A DNA stretch of 63,978 bases, counting the filler, from Bigelowiella natans CCMP2755 (Eukaryota > Protista > Cercozoa): assembly GCA_000320545.1 (NCBI GenBank). It is 8 parts of 8 records of this genome, joined end to end, with 100 filler letters (N's around TTAATTAATTAA, not from the genome) between each part and the next. Parts side by side here need not be neighbours in the genome. Positions count along the whole stretch, not along the records: positions 22,754 to 42,776 come from ADNK01003100.1; 7 more parts are not named here. One strand, given 5' to 3'. The first letter of the stretch is position 1. Each line of letters starts with the position of its first letter. This document shows positions 24,944-37,624 of this stretch, in pieces. The notes beneath the pieces were generated by a model. It was given only the letters and a program-made list of their open reading frames with translations. It did no database searches and had not been told where the DNA came from. The translations under genes and the position numbers were made by a program.

Positions 24944-25122
24944 AACTGCCGCACAGATCCGACGAGAAGCATCAACAATGGATGAAGTAGGCGTTCACAC
25001 GCCGCCAAGGATGAATACGCCGCGACCCTCAAAGCGAGACCTGGTCAAGGCTGCTGAGGGTGCGGTGGATAGCATAGAGCAACTCGAGCAAGGCCAGTGG
25101 CGAGAAAAGAGCTCAGCAGAAG
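23073..25122 (+). CDS. Hypothetical multi-exon, probably membrane protein (fragmentary)
   Basis: Open exon-like blocks bounded by AG/GT sites (GTAAG at ~23450 and ~24293) with hydrophobic segments WTILFLLLVLFS and ISIVTICTACGTAFGYSLF. No family recognised. Confidence 0.35.
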
Positions 25123-25813
25123 GTACAAAGGCACAATTGCTTGCCTCGTTTCTAAACTCCAAAGGAACCTCCAAACACTTCCAAATCGCGTTTTTTTAAA
25201 AAAGAAGACAGCGTTTTGAATGCGATCCATTCTCTGTCGGAGCATCCTTTGTCTCAACTCACGAAACGGAGAGCGACAGTCACACGAATCCTTTCGTTAT
25301 GCATCACTAGAGAATGGACATTGACTTGCCAGTACCATGTGGAAACTACCTACAGAGCCAACACGAAAAATCTTCGGTTCTTGTTTCTCACTCTGTGACT
25401 GCCATTTGAAATTCGAGGCGAGTTCCGGCCCTCCAATACCAGCAATCAGGGTGACAATCCTCTTGAAAGCAATACGACAACTACCTCGAGCTGGGCGCGA
25501 AGTTCCTGCACTGTTTCCGAGGTAGGCGTCGTGGGGAAGAAGACTAAGAAGAAAAAGCAAAAGGTGATAATGCGCCATAATCTCCTTCGTGATGACCATG
25601 TTGAGGTGGATGGTGAAACGATGATGATTCAGCCCGATGGGTGGCCACATAGGCGGCGAAGTCAAAATTTGTCGGTGTTCCTAGCCTATTAGATCGTCAT
25701 CATAGGAGGCTAAGATGTCTAATAGCTGCTGCTTATGGTGTATTTTGCGAGCTAAATAGTGTCGCACGTACATAAACAAACAGATTTTATTCAATGAAGT
25801 GATGGTAACGTGA

Positions 25814-25853
<40 letters not shown>

Positions 25854-26326
25854 AATATTAGCGTTTAGCCATAAAGAGACTTGGAAACGAAGATAAACAG
25901 GTATTTTCTTGAAGTGAGTGGAACGAGTTTTGCCTATGGTTTGGGGTATTGTTGTAATAACAGGGGATGTTATTTGTATAAAAAATGGTGATATATATAT
26001 ATCGAATATTCCTTGGTGAATTCTAGGATAACGCACGTATCTCCATGCGACAAAAGTACTTGTTATGATAAAAAAACGGGCTCCACAACCCGTTGGGCAA
26101 ATGCAATATGCGCGTGCATCTTTCTTCTTTTAGCATTAAAGTCATGAAATCGTTCTTCCCTTCCGTTTATGCAGAGGCAATGGATGGCTAAGCTGTGGCG
26201 GCTGGGAATTAGTTGTACAATAATAACTTTTACGGTATTCATAATCGAGATCTTCCACATACACGTCCAGATTCGGTCGCCCAATAAATACAGCGAAAAT
26301 ATTAAGGTTGTCTTCTAGAGTTTTCC

Positions 26327-26361
<35 letters not shown>

Positions 26362-26393
26362 CGCGCGCGCGCGCGCGCACCCGTGTGTTTGTG

Positions 26394-26446
<53 letters not shown>

Positions 26447-28193
26447 TGAAACCTTTCGTTCTGTAACAAATGACTTGTATCGAAAAATGCATCGCAACAG
26501 CTTTAGGCTTTAGAAAGTCAAAAGAGACATACAGCGCAGAGACCCTTAATTACAAAACATTTTCATCTCCTGTTTGTTATGCTTATGTATGTGTATGTGT
26601 GTGTTTCTTTGTGTGTGTGCTGATGTAGGCGTCCCAGGTAACGTACAGTCCAATGGTTGATGCGCTTCATTACTCGATTGTCGTGATGATCGGCTACTTT
26701 CAATACTATGCGTTCTAGTTCATTCTGGTCATCATGCATGCTCAAGCCTAATAGCGGCGTGTGGGTCGATGGCCGATGCGACGTGTGTTTATTTATACTA
26801 GTATAGCAGATGTGTATTATTTTTAGGACCCCGTTATCTGGACGAATGTTAGCTAATTTAAATAATCGCATCTGCGTTCTACATCGCAATCGCTACTACA
26901 ATCGCTTATTGCTAGATCTGACACATCATTGAATAAAATATTTAATCAATAATTCGTTGAACATGCTAGCATGCTATCTCACACATCTAGCATAGACATC
27001 TGTTGCATTGCATCGTGGGAGGGGGCTACGCTTGTCATGCTTCTATAGCTAGTGTAGCTAGACATGCATAACAGATATGACATTACATGTCCATAATATG
27101 CATTTCATTCTAGCATTGGCGAAGCGCGCACGCATCGCATGCATCGCATGCGCTCGATCTTTCTTGCTAACGCGCTAGCTATCGCGAGCGCTGCGTTGTC
27201 CATCATCCTGCTAGCTAGCTAGCGCATGATGCACACAACTTGAGCTGCTATGGTGATCGACAAGCGAGCTGGGATGCTGGGATGCAATGAGGCCCTAGTC
27301 ATGCTAGCATGCTATATAGAGCTATGGCACTAGCTAGAGCATGCGCGCGCGTCCAAATGAACACACATGATGATCGAGCTCTTTAGCCATTCGCTGCTAG
27401 CTAGCTCACACAACTGCTAGACTGTGTCAATCTCGGTAACGAGTGGGTTTTGAACAAACTGTGCTTTGCGCCTGCGGCCTGGCGCGCTCAATCGTTGCAA
27501 TTGGACATTGGAAGCACACTGGGGCCTGTTAGAGGTTCAAATTTGATTTTTTTTTCGAATTTCAGCTTGAAAACTTCATTTTTCAACGCCTGCCAGCGGG
27601 CGAAAATTGAAAAATTCTTACCACTTTTGAACACGCTAGCGCATTTGCATTTGCGTGCCACAAGTATTGCAAGCTCATGAGGGTGTGCACACACTAGCTT
27701 CATGGACGTGCGAAGTTTCAGCACACGCACGCAAAAAGCATGCACCTGGGCGCACATGAACGCGCAAATGTGCACTCAATGACCATCAATTAAAAATTCA
27801 TGCCATTCGTTACACATTTGATTGCAGCGCGTGCGCTTGTCCAATTAGCCGTTGCGCTGCTGTTCAAACAGACTAGCAGACCATTTGCATGCGGCGCGCT
27901 CATTCTGAATGTTCTGGGCGCACATTCTCAGCGCGCGCAACAAGTCAATCTAATGCAACACAATTCATTTGGACACACAGTCCGCTAGCGCGCAATGACC
28001 ACCGCTAGGCTACGCATTGCATGATGCTGTTGTGCAACACCTGCGATGCTAGCTAGCTAGCCTGGCCTGCGGCTAGCCATGGTCACAATGAAGCTGTAGC
28101 TGACCAGCTGTGCTAGTAGCTAGGCCATCTAGCCATGCAATGCACATGCATGGCATGCATGCATGCATATGCGTTCGATTCTGCTGCTACACA

Positions 28194-28237
<44 letters not shown>

Positions 28238-28471
28238 CATGCACATTTGCGCGACATGCGATGCTAGACCAAAACATGATGCATTTTCATGCATGCGCCA
28301 TGTGACCAAGGAAACAAACAGATACAATTTAAGCGCTGTAGCCGCTGCATTGCACAGCTACATTAGGATGACCATTGAAAATTTTTTAACATTTCATTAC
28401 ATCCGTCTCATACATACATATGTATATATTATAAAAATATGTACACATGCATTCTGCTGCTATTACATATG

Positions 28472-28519
<48 letters not shown>

Positions 28520-28844
28520 GTATATAATTCTTCATTACATCCGTCTCATATATGTATACGCGCATGTAGCTAGTGGTAGCATGTGCCACAACACTAGAAC
28601 ATTTCACGATGCAGGTAATAACTTTGTGGGAGAACATCTCAATCTTTATTATTTCTTAAAAATGTGAATGAAGTCAAAAGTGTGCGCACATCGCAACGGA
28701 AAACATCATGAACCAACTAATCGTATGCACGAAGTATTTTACATTGGAGCAAACACTTGTCAATCACACATGGAAACCAAAATTCATCTTTGAATGAACA
28801 GGACTGTAATAAGTCATGAAGACTGATGAGAGAATTTGCCGCAC

Positions 28845-29825
28845 TTATGCGACGGTTGGGTAGCTTGCAGAAAGAGCGATACCGCAGGTTCCAGCACCGG
28901 ATCCACCTTTCTTGGAAAGGCGAATGTAACCCTTCTCACCCCAGGTTGCACCCCAGGAGTTCTTGACAAGCCAGTAGTCCTTTCCGGATGCAGTGCCGTA
29001 TCCAACAGCGAGAACTCCGTGGTCGAGTTGAGTTCCGCAGCCGAAGAGACCGCCCTTGTAGATTCCACCAGAGTACAACTGCCATCCGGTTCCAGCAGCA
29101 TCGACAGCAACGCTGACAGGCTGTTGAGTGACAGCGGAAGCAAGAGCATCAAGGTTCTTAGCAGGGACATCATTGTAGGTGCTGAGCTTGATTGCAGCGC
29201 TGCAGGAGGATTGGCAAGATCCATCTCTTCCAGTGTAAGGGTAGTCGCTTTCAGTGCAGAGGCCGTTCTTCTCAACGTACTTGAATGCGTTGTCCATGAG
29301 GCCACCGTTGCAACCCTGGTTGCCGAAGCTTCCAGCGCAGTCAACGAGCTGCTGCTCGGAAAGGGAGACGAGGTTGCCGTTAACAATGAAGTTTGATCCC
29401 TCGAGGGAGCCAGTAGTAGAGAATGACCAGCACGATCCGCATTGTCCCTGGTTCTTGACAGGGGTTACAGCGCCCTTGGAAACCCAGTCGACGGAGTCAG
29501 CAGACTTGGTGGAGAGGTTAGCAGTGCGGCGAGGTCCCTGTGCGTTTGGCTTAAGTCCGTGGTAAAGGGAGCGGAATTCGGCGTTGGTCAAGTCAGCAAA
29601 CTCGTTAAGCTCGACAGTGTACGAGTATCCCCCTACATTATGTCTGGTAACGAAGTCCATGTTGCCCTTGAAAGCGTTGTAGCGCTTGAAGAAATCTGCA
29701 ACTTCATATCGCTTTTCGAATTTGGAAGTCCAGTTACGGAAAGATCCCTGGTACTCCTCTTCGGTGAAGAGAGGTCCAGTTGCCATGGCAGTGGCAGCAG
29801 TAGCAACGATGAGGGTGGATAGCAT
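28845..29825 (-). CDS. Cathepsin L-like papain-family (C1A) cysteine protease, intronless
   Basis: 326-aa ORF with signal peptide, I29 propeptide (ERFNIN-like segment, LNEFADLT) and catalytic motifs QGQCGSCWSF, LDHGVLAVGYG and YWLVKNSWG. Confidence 0.97.
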   Translation of the reverse strand: MLSTLIVATAATAMATGPLFTEEEYQGSFRNWTSKFEKRYEVADFFKRYNAFKGNMDFVTRHNVGGYSYTVELNEFADLTNAEFRSLYHGLKPNAQGPRRTANLSTKSADSVDWVSKGAVTPVKNQGQCGSCWSFSTTGSLEGSNFIVNGNLVSLSEQQLVDCAGSFGNQGCNGGLMDNAFKYVEKNGLCTESDYPYTGRDGSCQSSCSAAIKLSTYNDVPAKNLDALASAVTQQPVSVAVDAAGTGWQLYSGGIYKGGLFGCGTQLDHGVLAVGYGTASGKDYWLVKNSWGATWGEKGYIRLSKKGGSGAGTCGIALSASYPTVA

Positions 29826-31106
29826 GTTGTGTAGGGGTCAGATGAAATCTACTTGACAACTCCAAATTTCAGATCAAAAAGAGACACATTTATTATTTAA
29901 AAATTAAAATAGATACTATTTTAGTACTACGACATCATCTTAAACACCTTTATTCAATCGCAAGGGCAACTTTCGGGACAGATTAGACACAAATGGGGTC
30001 AAATAAAGTGCCGCGCAATGTGCGGGTTACTATTCAACTTTACTATTACATACATATAATTTATGAAAATAATGAATAAATGCTATTATGTAATACCGTC
30101 AAGAATATATGTGTTATAATTTAATATTTAGTTGGATATATGTATTCTGATTATCCTAATTAATCTGAAAATAAGAGAAATACCCATCTTGATCTTAGTT
30201 TTCTCTATATTTTAAGGTATAATAAGCAACAGGAAAGAGAACGATTTGGAAATAATAGCCTACTTTTAAATTAAATAATAGATACCGGTAACTTTATAAG
30301 AAAAACAAAATAATTAAATTAACGATTACACAAAAAAAATGAGAATATGCGATCTCAATAAATAATGTAGAAATGTATCCAAATGCGCTATATTTTGTGA
30401 GTTGCGGTTACGATCGCCGACATGCAATCCCCATGTTCCGACTCGACTCTGTCACATGTGCCGACTCGCCGACTCGAGACTTTTTATATTCAGAACTAAA
30501 CCAGGCATAAAGACTTCAAATATATCATTTTGGACGTATATTGTATTTAAAAAAGGTATATCCAATGAATATTTCGGTGTTAGTCCCATATATAACTTTA
30601 TATAAATCTTAATTTATCTCTTACACTTTAACAGGACATCATTACCCCAAAAGACTTATGAAACGCCTTGTCGTTTCGAATACATGTCTAATTGTTTTGT
30701 GGTGGGGTATCTTCCGTTTATTAACGATATGCGATGGGATTTAAGCAGTTAGCGACTAAATATTTGCAAGACGCAATATCACAAAGGAGTGTAATAGCAG
30801 TAAATGTACTACAAAAGTAATAAAAGCTTGTCTTTATCTTAAAATCCCCTTTGTTTATGTTCCGAGAGATATTCCGGATCGTCGGGCAGGTAGGCCAATG
30901 ATGTCTCCCTGTCTGTATTGCTACCTTACCATGTTGGGGAGATCTAGAGATGAAGATGACGAAGATGGCCAATAAGCTATCAGTGGTTGTTGAATGTCTT
31001 TGAAGACACATTGATGGAAGCTGGGTCTTTTTTTTTAAAAATTCGTACAAACGCAGCAGTTACTACTTATCTGGCCATTCTTGCATACGGGAGATTTCGG
31101 AGCATT

Positions 31107-31302
31107 ATGATTCGCTCCTTATCACGGCGGCTCACCAAAGGCGTTCTCAGGCAGCAGCGGGCGTATGTTCTTCGCTGTTGTACATTTTCGACCGAATTAG
31201 GTTCGTTTAGATCTTGTCGTGACGCTGGCATCGATCGCTAGCAGCGTGACCCGTAGAATATGATTTTTTTCTTTTTCAAATGTGTCGTTGCTTGCTACAG
31301 AC

Positions 31303-31351
<49 letters not shown>

Positions 31352-31500
31352 GTGTGCTTATGTGTGTGCTGTGATTCCGCTGGTTATTTTGACCAAGGAT
31401 CCCGATCTGCGTTGACAACACCGACGGAGGAACAGACAATGCTCACCGAATCGGTTTCAAAATTTGCACAGTTAAGTGCTTATATACATGCACAGACATA

Positions 31501-31542
<42 letters not shown>

Positions 31543-31553
31543 AGAGTATATAA

Positions 31554-31591
<38 letters not shown>

Positions 31592-31596
31592 GCGAG

Positions 31597-31636
<40 letters not shown>

Positions 31637-31970
31637 TGTCTTCGTGCGTCTGCATCATGGAATCCAATCAGGGCACATGTCGCTCCATACGTCAGCGAGA
31701 TGGATGAAGCATCCAAACTGAGACCTGAAATTCTCGAGAAGCTTTTTAGGTGCATATATCACCAAATATGCACACACGTGCAAAGACAGACTTGCGCGCG
31801 CGCGAGAAGCACGTTCAAAAGTAAACACTATTTGCTTTTGCGTTTATCATTCATGCTTTTGCCTTGATCATGCAGTGAAGGGCTAATGGGGATCGAAATA
31901 CCAGAAGAATACGGAGGTAGTGGCAGCGAAGTGGAGAACAAAGAGAATGGCCCGGAAAGCAAGCAAGAGA

Positions 31971-32017
<47 letters not shown>

Positions 32018-32916
32018 TAAACAGTGATGACTAGTGCGAGGTCTACAAGATATGAGATAGGCGAAGTTCATAAAAACTACCACCTGCTTCTTCACTCTGT
32101 TTTTCTAGGTGCGGGCATGTCATTTACCGATGCTATATTGGCCATCGAAGAACTAGCAAAGGTGCTGCCTCCTCCCAAGTCCAAATAGCGATTATACTGA
32201 AGAATGTTGCGTTTGAGTGCATTGGAACAGAGGCGATGCTTTACGAATAGAGCATCAGCGTCGGTGTTCTTCGCTCCGCATTTGCGCACATTCCTCTCTT
32301 CTCTCATCGTCTTTTCCTCCTACTCATACCCATTCTACAATGGCCTCCCGGTGCTGTTATTGCTGGTTCTCCCGCTGTTTTGTTTAGGTGGACCCTTCTA
32401 TTGCTGTAATCGTCGATATTCAGAATACGCTTGTGAATCTTGCATTTCTGACCTACGGGACAGAGGTAGTGATACCGCAACAACACACACACACACACAC
32501 ACACACGCACGCACGCACGCGCGCGCGCGCAGTTATATATGCACACCTCTCTCGCACATCAATTCCTGCTGAGAGGATGGGAGAGTGGACGACTAAAGAA
32601 GCTTGACACACAAGAACGCCAGAGTTGAACGAATCAAATCAAGCAACAACTCAGACCTATTTCACTGTATCATGTAAAAAGAGACTACCATCATCACCCT
32701 CACTTATCACCATCATTATTTTATTACGAGTAGGAGCTAAAGCAGAAGTACCTACCCCGGCTCGCAACCGACACGTTAGCTTCGTTTTGCCTCTCTGAAG
32801 CCAGGTAGCAGCAGAATATATTGGATTATTGTATAGAGTTAGGTTAATACATGACTTTGGGGAGTTTGTACCAGTGGGAACAGAAGAACCTGTCAATTGC
32901 TTTTGTGGCCTTCGTG

Positions 32917-32955
<39 letters not shown>

Positions 32956-32990
32956 CTTGTGTACGCGCGTGTGTGTGTGTCCCTGATTAC

Positions 32991-33066
<76 letters not shown>

Positions 33067-33657
33067 CATATCTTGCAGCTCTGGATCCGATGCATTTGCA
33101 ATGAGAACGACTGCTACCCCAACTGCAGATGGGAATGGGTATACACACCGAGGAGGACTAGTAGCAGTTATAGTAGGCTCCTAGAATGAGCTCTTCATTC
33201 GTCTGATTATTCCTGGAGGCGGTTTTGAGGATGATGATTTGCGCTGTGTGCTGTGCGGTGCGCGTGTGGGTTGCTGATAGGTACATCATAAACGGCAATA
33301 AGTTGTGGATTTCAAATGCGAACGAGGTGATGATGGGCGCTCCATACGCACACACATACTACAACGCCATTGCACACACGGGCAAAGTTATTCAAATGCA
33401 GATCATATGAGTTGCGTACAGAAGCACTAAGTTATTTTTGTTTCGAATACATCGTGAATACCAACAAGGCGGGGTTATTCCTCATATTTGCCAATGCAAA
33501 CCCTGAGGCTGGCTACAAGGTCACGATCAATGAGCGATGTATTAAAAGCAGCTTCAGAGTGCCATCACGCAACTTATCTATTCTTAGGAAGAACGATATA
33601 ACAAATAAACTATTAACAGAATAATGTATACACGCGTGTGCATACATCTACACACAC

Positions 33658-33697
<40 letters not shown>

Positions 33698-34139
33698 GCA
33701 GGGAATCACAGCATTTGTTGTGGAGAGAGATACTCCTGGCCTTATCATTGGTCCTTATTATTCTTGTTGTCGTTGTTGTTGATGATGGGGATGATGATGT
33801 TGATGATGGGGATGATGATGATGATGATTACAGTCCCTCACAATATAAACAACCCCATATTTTCAAATACGTGTGTTTATGGGTATTTTTGCAAGTGTGT
33901 GGTAGGGTGATTTAACGATGATGACGTATAGATGTTCTTCAGGAGTGACTGCATCGATATTACGTTACTCGTCATGTATGTTGTACCACAGGGAAAAAGG
34001 AGGATAAACTAGGGATAAGAGCCTTTTCCACGTGCGAGTTGGCGTTTGACGGCCTGGAGGTGTGTTTGGTTATTACACAAGAATGTATCATCATAGTGTT
34101 AAATATATGTATATGTATATATATATATATGTATAATCT

Positions 34140-34206
<67 letters not shown>

Positions 34207-34423
34207 TTGTGATGCGTAAGATGGCGCCATAGCTTGTTGTGCCTGTGTGCTGTTGGTGTTTCCACAAAATTGACCGATATCGGTCGATCATCTCTTCAAA
34301 GGTCAGCAAAGACTGCATTCTTGGGGAATTTGGGAAAGGTCCGCACTGTGGAAATCTAAGCAACTGTAGATAGATGTACCACCCAATACGTGCGTGCCGG
34401 GTGCGTCGATGTATGCATGAGAA

Positions 34424-34464
<41 letters not shown>

Positions 34465-34956
34465 AGCGCTACACCTACTCCGCATCGTTATTATAACAAA
34501 ATCGGTATACCACTTACTATTAGGCTACAAAATTGCCATTGAAACTCTGAATCCAGGCCGAATCGGTTATTGCCCATTCCACAACACCACAACACCACAG
34601 CAGCAGCAGCAGCAGCAGTACTAGTATTCCATGAATGTACATGTATATCGAGAGCGTCGCTATGGATATGATAGCAGTCGCTGTTCACATTTTCCCTCAC
34701 AACGGAGGCTGCAATCAGTTCTTTTTTGGACCCTGCAAGAAAGAATGATCGGTCTCACGAAATCGTTTGTTTGCATGATAAACCTCTATGGACGCGTTGT
34801 TGTGCTGGTAACGTCTCACAGGCATAGGAGCACAGATGATTGGGCTTGCTCAGGGCACCTACGATGCTGCTATGCGGTATATATTGCCATATCTCTTATG
34901 AATGTAACCCTCACGTCTTCTCATTGGCGATTGAGCACCGAAGAAATACTGCACCC

Positions 34957-34997
<41 letters not shown>

Positions 34998-35404
34998 ACA
35001 CGCAAATTGTACAAACTACATCATACATTTATGCAGATGATGCCCCTGCTGCTATGTTGTGAAAAATGGAAGAATCGCCACTGACACAACAGGTACATTC
35101 TGGATCGAAAGCAGTTTGGGCAGAGCGTGGCCGATTTCCAGGGTCAGAAAAAACAGCAACACCACCACGACAGCTTTTGTAGTGTTGTTATTCCTAGTAT
35201 TGTTCGTGATCAGCAGCGGCATAATGATACTGTTTAGTTTTGAAAAACAACAATGAGGTAGAGTCCCTTCGGACCATCCACGTTTTTGAATTTTGCGAAC
35301 GAAGACTCTAATCTCCAAACAATTCCACTATAATAGAACACACACACACACACACAACACACACACACACACACAGTCGCATATAATATTTCTGTATATG
35401 ATAT

Positions 35405-35440
<36 letters not shown>

Positions 35441-35597
35441 CTATTCTACAAGCGTGTGCATGTATCATGTATGTACCACATATCTCTGTCTGTGTGCGCC
35501 TGTGCACACGCGAATACAAGCCCTGCACACACTCATCTTTGTTGTTTGCGCGCGCACACACACACACAGTCGCATATAATATTTCTGTATATGATAT

Positions 35598-35633
<36 letters not shown>

Positions 35634-36809
35634 CTATTCTACAAGCGTGTGCATGTATCATGTATGTACCACATATATCCAAACAACAAAGATGATTGTT
35701 TGCAGGGCTTCAATTCGCGTATGCACAGGCCCAAACTGAAATTGAGGCCGCAAGGTAGTAGTTCTTAACCTCACCGCCCCCACGCTGTTCCAACGCCATA
35801 CAAAGAGGAGGGAAACAACAGATATGGGATTCGCACAATAAAGACAAACACATAGACAAACAAGCGTTGGATTCAGCGTTCGAATCACCCGTTGCATATA
35901 TGACAATCGCTGCGCACACAAGAAATGCGAAATTGCTTGTCTGACGCTTTGTTTAAAGGCTTCTCGTTCTCAACGCCGCGGCGCTCCGAGAAAGTGATCA
36001 GCCCTACATCAAAGAGGCCGCAATGGCTAAGCTATATTGGTGAGTAAGCGAGAAAGTTAGAGAGAGAAGCTGTGTGTGTGTGTGCGCGCGCGTGTGCGTG
36101 TACTTGCCATACGAATGGATGGATAGTGGTGATAAAGCGATGGATGGTGGTGCCGATGCTGTGATAACGCTGAAGCAGTTTTCTAGCAGTGTAATACTCC
36201 GGCGGCATTTCGACACGACGAAACCTGAAAGACGCATGAGCGCGATTGTGGCTAATATTACGCATGCATAGATGAACCAATCATTTGCGAAATACAGGAT
36301 TTACAGTTATCTCTGGAAAATAGTCAGCACTGCTACTAAAAATACACACTGATTTCGAACCCTCATAGTAGAAAAGTTGCTTATCCCACAAACACGAATG
36401 ATAAGAATAATGATGATAATGATGATGATGGTGATGATGATGATGATGACCATATCAATAGCAATCGTTGTGAATAAATGCCGTGTTCTGTGTAACAGTG
36501 CACAGATTGCGCAGAAGGTGGCTTCTCTGTCGGTCGAATGGATGGGAGGTGTCGGCTTTACCAAGGAATATCCTTGCGAAAAGTTCTACCGCGACGCTAA
36601 AATCGGCTCCATTTACGAGGGTTGGCTACGCAGTCTGCTATCACCGCGTTTTGTTTTCCATCTCTCAATCATACATGTGTAAAATGTTGTGATTGCAGTG
36701 CTGCATGCATCTGTCTTAGTTCCCAGGCAGTGATCTTTTGCATCTCTTAGGCACTTCTAACATTCACCTCCAAACCATTGCAAAGCTGATTAAGGCAGAA
36801 TACGAATGA
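31107..36809 (+). CDS. ACADSB: Short/branched-chain acyl-CoA dehydrogenase, mitochondrial (~20 exons)
   Basis: Arg-rich transit-like start [18 protein letters not shown]. Exons trace [87 protein letters not shown] and [40 protein letters not shown], ending at TGA 36807-36809. Confidence 0.95.
35371..35676. repeat. ~113-bp direct duplication inside an ACADSB intron
   Basis: cagtcgcatataatatttctgtatatgatattac(AT)n aatctattctacaagcgtgtgcatgtatcatgtatgtaccacatat occurs at ~35371-35483 and ~35564-35676. Confidence 0.9.
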
Positions 36810-37624
36810 TGATAAGGAAGTGGTAAATGTAGACGGATAAGAACACGTAGATTTTAGTGAGTACCCGAGGATTCAATGAGCTTAGAGTAACATGTGTAAG
36901 CACAGCATGATAGCACGACAATCTATCTCCCCCGATTCACGGCAGTGCATCGCCAATTACCTGCTATGCACAGTCTAGACAGTATTTCGCGTTCAATAAA
37001 CGGATTTTGGTTCTATTTCGATAAGTAACTGACTAGATAGCTAGATAGGTGCGAGAGGGGATGTACGATGACGTTTCAAATGCTGCGCATGATGGGTTGC
37101 GTACTCGTGCTTGGGTCTTCAAGCTGCGTGCGCGCGTCCGCCATGCTCTCACCTCACATCGTGTGGACAACATCCTTTGCATGCTCAATGTTAGCAGATG
37201 CCTAGCTCTAGAGTTAGCTAGCCAGTCTAGCAGTGATGTGAACAAATGAACAAACTTGCACAAGCCACAAGTGCCCGACTAGTAGCCCACGCACACACAC
37301 CAGCTAGCAAGTCTCAGTGTGAGGTCTGAGCAGTTCACCATTCCAGAATTGGCATGGCGGCATGTGTGACTGGATGCACTGTGCCCATCATCATCATCGT
37401 GCACATGCGCTGCACCACAGCTACACATGTATGCCTAGATGAAAACATTTTGCGCAACAATGCGCGCTCATTAAAACTTTTTTGTTTGAGTTGTTGCATG
37501 TATTGGCGGACACTGCTAGACTATGAACAGGTACGGTGTAGCGAGCAGTACCTACATTTAGTATTGTGTAGCTAATGTTATGTTACTAACAACACAATTT
37601 ACAAATCCAAGCCGCCAAGTGTTT

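Noticed and set aside
25900-26740. Possible minus-strand exons (MHDDQNELERIVLKVADHH..; IGRPNLDVYVEDLDYEY)
   Set aside because: No recognisable family and no consistent splice model could be built.
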